NCBI GenBank assembly: GCA_019058315.1
Contig: JAHPZH010000001.1
Span: 631,536 to 695,535 of the forward strand
DNA from: Candidatus Helarchaeota archaeon
GTDB lineage: Archaea > Asgardarchaeota > Lokiarchaeia > Helarchaeales > RDOG01
DNA: 64,000 nucleotides
Reading direction: 5' to 3'
Part shown: piece after piece, positions 58,817 to 64,000 of the stretch
Position numbering within the stretch: the first letter of the stretch is position 1
How the letters are laid out: each line of letters begins with the position of its first letter
The notes under the pieces: model-generated
What the model was told of the DNA's origin: nothing
Databases searched by the model: none
What the model saw: only the letters and a program-made list of their open reading frames with translations
Made by a program: the position numbers and the translations under genes

Positions 58817-59527
58817 ATGTCTGAAGAGATACAGCCTACAACGTTTTCAACTGTTACGTTTTTTACCACTTTAATTAGCACTTGTATAATATTAATAGCT
58901 TGGAAACGAATAACCGAATCTGTACAAGCTGAATTATTTTTATTATATTCCATTGATTTAGTGAACTTTATTTTACTGATTTTTAGTATCATATTTACTT
59001 TTATTGAGCTTGGTATTTATCTCGATTTAAGTCCATTATTTACTTTTTTAGATTTTATGCTGAGTATGAGTTTTGAATCAGGATTATTACTATTTTCATT
59101 TATTTTGATAGGACTTGGATTAATATTACTCTTCGTAGCAGCAATAATAACCAGCAAAATGAGAGAGAATAAACTTATTCCTGTAATTTTTATTTGGTCT
59201 TTGTTTATTTTATGTATTGGAGCTTTGTGTTTATGTATAATCGGTTTTAATGAAGTGAAATTTAATCTCAATAATGTGAAGAATTTACAAATTGTATCTT
59301 ATTTTTACTTAGATATCCAAGAAGCAGTCAGTATATTCTGTAAATATTTAAGTTTATACATATTGCTGGGGGTGGCTGGTTCCCTTCCTATGAATATAGG
59401 AATATTTTCTTTAATAACATTAGATATTTTATTGGTAATTGTAACTATATATTTGGATCGTCGTTATAAATCAATTAGTTCTAAAAATTATAAAACAACA
59501 GCAAATGATAAACCTCCTCAAGAATAA
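58817..59527 (+). CDS. Hypothetical integral membrane protein
   Basis: About 6 hydrophobic helices. Confidence 0.6.
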   Translation: MSEEIQPTTFSTVTFFTTLISTCIILIAWKRITESVQAELFLLYSIDLVNFILLIFSIIFTFIELGIYLDLSPLFTFLDFMLSMSFESGLLLFSFILIGLGLILLFVAAIITSKMRENKLIPVIFIWSLFILCIGALCLCIIGFNEVKFNLNNVKNLQIVSYFYLDIQEAVSIFCKYLSLYILLGVAGSLPMNIGIFSLITLDILLVIVTIYLDRRYKSISSKNYKTTANDKPPQE

Positions 59528-59727
59528 AAATTGTAATCTTAAGTAAATTGAAAAAAAGGAAATTCTCCTTAAAAAGTGTTTCAGCCAAAATTTCTTGGAA
59601 TTGTGTTTTAAAAATGGTTTATTAGATGAATTTATACTTCGATTTTTAAAATAAATAAGGAAAAATATCTTTCCTAAAAATATAAATATGTAACCATAAA
59701 TACTATAATCATATAATATAATCATTT

Positions 59728-60219
59728 TTGAAAGAGGGTGTTAACATGTCAGTACCAGTAAGTAAAGGCGGATCTATAATAATGTTGATTTTTGCTTTAA
59801 TTTTTTTAATTCCCGCTTTGGTTATCGTTGCAGTCGGAGGAGGCTCTAATCAGGCGTTAGGTGCGGCAGCTATTCTTGCACTACCTGGTGTTTTTAATCT
59901 AATTCAATATTTTAGGATATTATATAAATTAGATAAAAAGGAAAAAATTATGAAAGGTTTAGAAACACTAAGGCAATTACAAGCAGAAGAATATAGAAGA
60001 GAAGAAGTAGAAAACAGGAGAAGACTTTTGAATGACTATTTTTCAACAGAAAATCAACAAATCGAAACTATAAATGATAAAAAAAAGCAAATTACAGCTA
60101 AAATTCTACCAGGAAATCGGTGTCCTTTCTGTGAAAATATATTGGAAGAGGCTGATCGTTCAGTAATGCTAAAAGTTATAATTTGCCCTACCTGTGGAAA
60201 TTTAGTTGATACAAATTAA
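59728..60219 (+). CDS. Two-TM protein with a coiled coil and C-terminal zinc ribbon
   Basis: Two TMs, a charged helix and CPFC...CPTC. Confidence 0.65.
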   Translation: MKEGVNMSVPVSKGGSIIMLIFALIFLIPALVIVAVGGGSNQALGAAAILALPGVFNLIQYFRILYKLDKKEKIMKGLETLRQLQAEEYRREEVENRRRLLNDYFSTENQQIETINDKKKQITAKILPGNRCPFCENILEEADRSVMLKVIICPTCGNLVDTN

Positions 60220-60335
60220 CTAATTAAATCTTTTTTTTATCTTTTATTTGATAACGCAAATTATAGAAAATTAATATTTTCAAAATAATATTTTTTTATA
60301 AAATTTTTATTTAATTTGAAACAATACTTCAAGAA

Positions 60336-61211
60336 TTGATGATTAAAATGATACAAGGTGTTTATACTGCCATTATAACTCCGTTTTTTAGAAACTTGAA
60401 TGTCAATTATTCATTACTTGAAGAATTAACAAGATTTCAAGAGAAGAACGGGATCTCTGGCTTAGTCCCTTGTGGAACAAATGGTGAATACCCTTCTTTA
60501 ACTATTGAAGAAGCAAAAAGAGTTATAAAAACTGTTGTAAATGTTAAAAAAAACCTAACTATTATTGCTGGTGTAGGAAGAGCAAGCTTACAAGAGACTA
60601 TTGAATTAGCTAAATTTTCAGATGGTCTTAGTGATGCTATAATGATAGGAGTTCCCTTTTACTTTAAACCTGTTTCTGACTCTGGTCTTTTTCAATTTTA
60701 CTCTCGTGTTCTAGAGAATGTCAAATGTCCATGTTTTCTTTATAATATTCCCCGATATACCGGAATTTCGATTTCAACTGGATTAATTAAAAAATTAACG
60801 AAATTCAAAAATCTGGTGGGACTAAAGGACTCATCTGGTGATATAAAAAATTTAGAAAATTACATCAATAGTGTTCCAAAATTGAATTTCTTCAGTGGAA
60901 GTGATGCTTTAATCTTTCAAGGTCTAAAATTGGGGACAAAAGGTGGAATTAGTGCATTAGGTAATGTCTTTCCAAAAAAAGTTATGAATATTTTCAATGC
61001 ATACCAAAAAAATGATTTAAAAAGTGCGGAAAAAGAGCAAAATGAAATTATTGAATTAAGAAATTTATTCAAAGAATTTGGGACCATAGCTGGTTTTAAA
61101 AAATATCTTCAGGCACTTGGCTATGAAGAATCATTCGTTCGTCCTCCATTATCCGATTTGAGCAATGAGGATTTTTTGAAGTTAAAATCCTCTAATTTGA
61201 TTCATTTATAA
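60336..61211 (+). CDS. Dihydrodipicolinate synthase / class I aldolase family protein
   Basis: TAIITPF, CGTNGE, PFY, LYNIP, GLKDSSGD and VRPPL motifs. Confidence 0.9.
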   Translation: MMIKMIQGVYTAIITPFFRNLNVNYSLLEELTRFQEKNGISGLVPCGTNGEYPSLTIEEAKRVIKTVVNVKKNLTIIAGVGRASLQETIELAKFSDGLSDAIMIGVPFYFKPVSDSGLFQFYSRVLENVKCPCFLYNIPRYTGISISTGLIKKLTKFKNLVGLKDSSGDIKNLENYINSVPKLNFFSGSDALIFQGLKLGTKGGISALGNVFPKKVMNIFNAYQKNDLKSAEKEQNEIIELRNLFKEFGTIAGFKKYLQALGYEESFVRPPLSDLSNEDFLKLKSSNLIHL

Positions 61212-63800
61212 CGAACTAGCTTGCTTTATCCAACTTTCTAAATCTTTCAAACTAGGTAATCTGCTTACATCATTATGAGTTGAATTATAAGTTTCAATCT
61301 TATCAAGCAAATCTCTGGGATCTCCCGTATAGTTTCGTAAAGCATCTAAATCTACGCCTATTTCTACTAACAAATCGCTATATTGGCTTCCGATACCTTT
61401 AATTTTGTATAATTCCGCCATTTTTTTCCAGCGGGGCAAATTATATAAAAATTCTGCGATTTCTTCCTCAGTTAATCCATCTACATTAAACCTATATTCA
61501 ATATCCTTTAAATCTGTATTAATAAGGTCTCCAAGTTTAATAATTCCAATTTTTGCTAATCGAACCGTTATGGTTTGATTTAATCCCTCCAAATCACTGA
61601 CCGATATGTATTTAATTTTATCGATTTTATCTTCGTATTTTTCAACAAAAGTAATTCTCTCTAATGAAAGTGGTTTAATTACGGTTGAAGAACACCATGC
61701 GTTAGAAGTTATACCGTCCCTAGGAGTAGGAACATGGCAATTTTGAGGTAATAATGATATAGGTTGCCCTCCACCTTTCACTGTTTTTTCGTCAAACTGC
61801 AAAACTAATGCGTCATCTAAAATTTCATCCTTTAAATGCTTTTTAAATTGTCCATAATCTTCAAATAAATAGAGATATTGCAATTTCTCTTCTTTCATTA
61901 TTAATGCTTGACACTCGGGACAAACGATGTCCGTCATATCCTCCATAATGCTCTTCATTCTTGTACGACATGATGATTCACTTAAATCTTCAATTAAAAC
62001 TTTAACTGCAGGAATATTTGCTGGTAATACTGTCCTTTCGCCACAGACAACACAATAAAATGTTTTAGGGTCATTAAGCGATAAATATTCCTCGTAAATG
62101 ATAGCGGGTAATGGGGTATAGACAATGTCAACAGCATGGGAGAAAAATGCGATAAATTGTTTCCAATTAATAAAATCCATTCCAATTGCTGTGAATTTAA
62201 CTCTTGTTACCTGTTTATCAACATTTCTAGTATCTAGCCAAAACTCCTTCCAGTGCACATCAGTTGCAGTAAATGGAATCATTCGAACATCCTTTGAAGG
62301 ATTTCGCAAATCAATTAAAAAGTCAACTCTTTCACAATCTGGCATTTCATGTTTAAGATGCCACCGTTGAGCATTCATTCTAAGGTCAAACCACCAAAAC
62401 CAAATTCTTAAAACAACGAAATCATCACTAAAAAATCGAAATATTTCTGCAGTTGTCATCAGTAACGGATCATTAAAAACAGCTGACGTTAATCTTCCTT
62501 TTAATTCTCCAATTTGGTGTAGATCCCCATTAAATTTATAAAATACTCGAGCTTCCCCATCGGGATAAGATCGAACAACAATATTAGAGATTTTATCATG
62601 ATTTTTTACTGGAAAATATTTTATTTTCCATGGAGGCCACCATCTAGGATAATATTCAGGAATCATATTACCTTCAAATGTGATTTCTCGATATTCTTCC
62701 TTAAAGTATAAGAAACCTACTGTTTTCATTCCGTATTCGTATTTATAATTGGGATGAATGGGACAAAGAGGATCGTTAATATCTGGTATTTGTTTTTCCT
62801 CTTTTGGTCTTATGGCTTCGGGATATTTTAATTGAACTGTAAGTGTGGCAAGTAAATTTTCTTCACTTTTTGAAATTTCTTCAATTGCCTCAAAGGTAAC
62901 CGAATAATCAATTTGTTCCTTAATTGCTCTATCATGATGTCTGAGAAAGAAAAAAGCATATGATTCTGCAGGAGGATTAAACATGACAAAGCCCTGTTTC
63001 TTTCCCCCTCCAAATAAAGCAATAATACCTTTTCTAAGGTCATGTTCTATATTTTCATTATCCATTCCACAAATATAATTGCTCCATTCAACATTTTCAG
63101 CATAATAAAAAGTTGATATCTTAGGTCTGATTATAAGTTTTGTAACTGGTTCATTTACTAATATTCGAAGACGAACTGATGTAATACCCAAAAATGGAAG
63201 ATATTCAATATAATTATCCTCATTTTTTTTACCATAATTTTCTAATAGAAGTTCTACTTTTGGTTTTTTTTCTTCAATTTCTTTTTTTCCTTCCTTATCC
63301 TCCTTTTTTCTTTTCTTTTTCTGCTCCTTCTCAAGGGATTTTTCGGTTTTTTCTACTTCTTTATTATATTTTTCTCGATATTCTTTGAGTTCTTTTCTGA
63401 TTTTTAATCCAAAGTCTTCGATTTTACGGTGAAGCTCTTTCCATGGATAGATATCAATCGCGAATTTACGTTCGATTTTTTCATCTGGATCAAGTTTAAA
63501 AATAATATTTTCTAAAAAGTCTAGGTTTTTTTCGACTATCGTTAATTCAAGGTCTAATAATCTAAAGTTCTTTTTCTTTAAATGATTTTTAATCCTCTTT
63601 TTCACTCTATCTTCTATAAAATTGGAACTTTGTTCATAAAATACATCATAAATTTCTTTTTTTAACATTAAACTTTTTTCTGAGGACTGATCTTCTAATT
63701 TTGAATATAATTCTAATGCATACGTAAAATACCTATCTTCAATTGTATCTTTAATTTCAATCATCAATTTTTGGTCTTGATGGTCTTGCATTTTATCCAA
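61206..63800 (-). CDS. Large protein with a C-terminal DUF4332 (HhH) domain
   Basis: C-terminal LEGL...LAKIGI...MAELYKIKGIGSQYSDLL...RLPSLKDLESWIKQA; N-terminal coiled coil; internal CxxC pair. Confidence 0.7.
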   Translation of the reverse strand: MDKMQDHQDQKLMIEIKDTIEDRYFTYALELYSKLEDQSSEKSLMLKKEIYDVFYEQSSNFIEDRVKKRIKNHLKKKNFRLLDLELTIVEKNLDFLENIIFKLDPDEKIERKFAIDIYPWKELHRKIEDFGLKIRKELKEYREKYNKEVEKTEKSLEKEQKKKRKKEDKEGKKEIEEKKPKVELLLENYGKKNEDNYIEYLPFLGITSVRLRILVNEPVTKLIIRPKISTFYYAENVEWSNYICGMDNENIEHDLRKGIIALFGGGKKQGFVMFNPPAESYAFFFLRHHDRAIKEQIDYSVTFEAIEEISKSEENLLATLTVQLKYPEAIRPKEEKQIPDINDPLCPIHPNYKYEYGMKTVGFLYFKEEYREITFEGNMIPEYYPRWWPPWKIKYFPVKNHDKISNIVVRSYPDGEARVFYKFNGDLHQIGELKGRLTSAVFNDPLLMTTAEIFRFFSDDFVVLRIWFWWFDLRMNAQRWHLKHEMPDCERVDFLIDLRNPSKDVRMIPFTATDVHWKEFWLDTRNVDKQVTRVKFTAIGMDFINWKQFIAFFSHAVDIVYTPLPAIIYEEYLSLNDPKTFYCVVCGERTVLPANIPAVKVLIEDLSESSCRTRMKSIMEDMTDIVCPECQALIMKEEKLQYLYLFEDYGQFKKHLKDEILDDALVLQFDEKTVKGGGQPISLLPQNCHVPTPRDGITSNAWCSSTVIKPLSLERITFVEKYEDKIDKIKYISVSDLEGLNQTITVRLAKIGIIKLGDLINTDLKDIEYRFNVDGLTEEEIAEFLYNLPRWKKMAELYKIKGIGSQYSDLLVEIGVDLDALRNYTGDPRDLLDKIETYNSTHNDVSRLPSLKDLESWIKQASSL

Positions 63801-63957
63801 CCTTCCTCAAATTGGAATTTAGTAAATTTTTTTCATGAAATTATTTGTGAATATAATTTTATTTTATAATATCGAAGATAACCAATATATAATATTATTC
63901 ATGATAATTTCTTTTATATAAAAAAATTCGAAATATTCGGATTCTAGGAGAAAAAAA

Positions 63958-64000
63958 ATGTTTGACGTTATAACTTTTGGAGAAGCTATGATTCGACTTT
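63958..64000 (+). CDS. PfkB-family sugar kinase (KDG-kinase-like), N-terminus only
   Basis: SD aggag followed by MFDVITFGEAMIRL, a typical KdgK N-terminus. Confidence 0.75.
   Translation, partial: MFDVITFGEAMIRL

Noticed and set aside
60336-61211. dapA assignment
   Set aside because: GTNGE instead of GTTGE, no lysine-pathway neighbours, and a nearby KdgK-like kinase make a sugar-acid aldolase equally plausible.
1153-63388. Numerous short antisense or alternate-frame ORFs in the track (e.g. 2868-3278, 6570-7034, 10256-10597, 21179-21424, 29455-29784, 50703-51053)
   Set aside because: They are shadows of well-supported genes and have no recognisable motifs.
1-64000. Mobile elements or proviruses
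   Set aside because: No transposase, integrase, capsid gene, terminal inverted repeats or duplicated tRNA 3' end (att site) was recognised.

Overview
AT-rich archaeal chromosomal window, most consistent with an Asgard archaeon (Lokiarchaeia/Helarchaeales-like). This is inferred from GatDE, RadA, an intron-containing tRNA, an archaeal mevalonate cluster, SDS22-like LRR proteins, 7TM+longin-like proteins and ubiquitin-like proteins. The main discovery is an apparent prokaryotic UFM1-type (UFMylation-like) conjugation system. A UBA5-like E1 and a JAB/MPN+ protease (26987-28930, minus strand) lie divergent from a tight operon (32121-39910, plus strand). That operon encodes a UFM1-like modifier ending in a single Gly plus one extra residue, two UFC1-like E2 enzymes, a degenerate AAA+ ATPase and a full SMC-ScpA-ScpB complex. 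Other content: a tRNA cluster (Pro, intron-containing Leu, one partial), an Aeropyrum-type mevalonate cluster with a fused phosphomevalonate dehydratase, a form IV RuBisCO-like protein next to a class III aminotransferase, a DUF285 repeat surface protein, an S8 protease with FG-GAP repeats, trxB, gatDE and several metabolic and hypothetical genes. All family calls come from motif recognition by eye; no searches were run.
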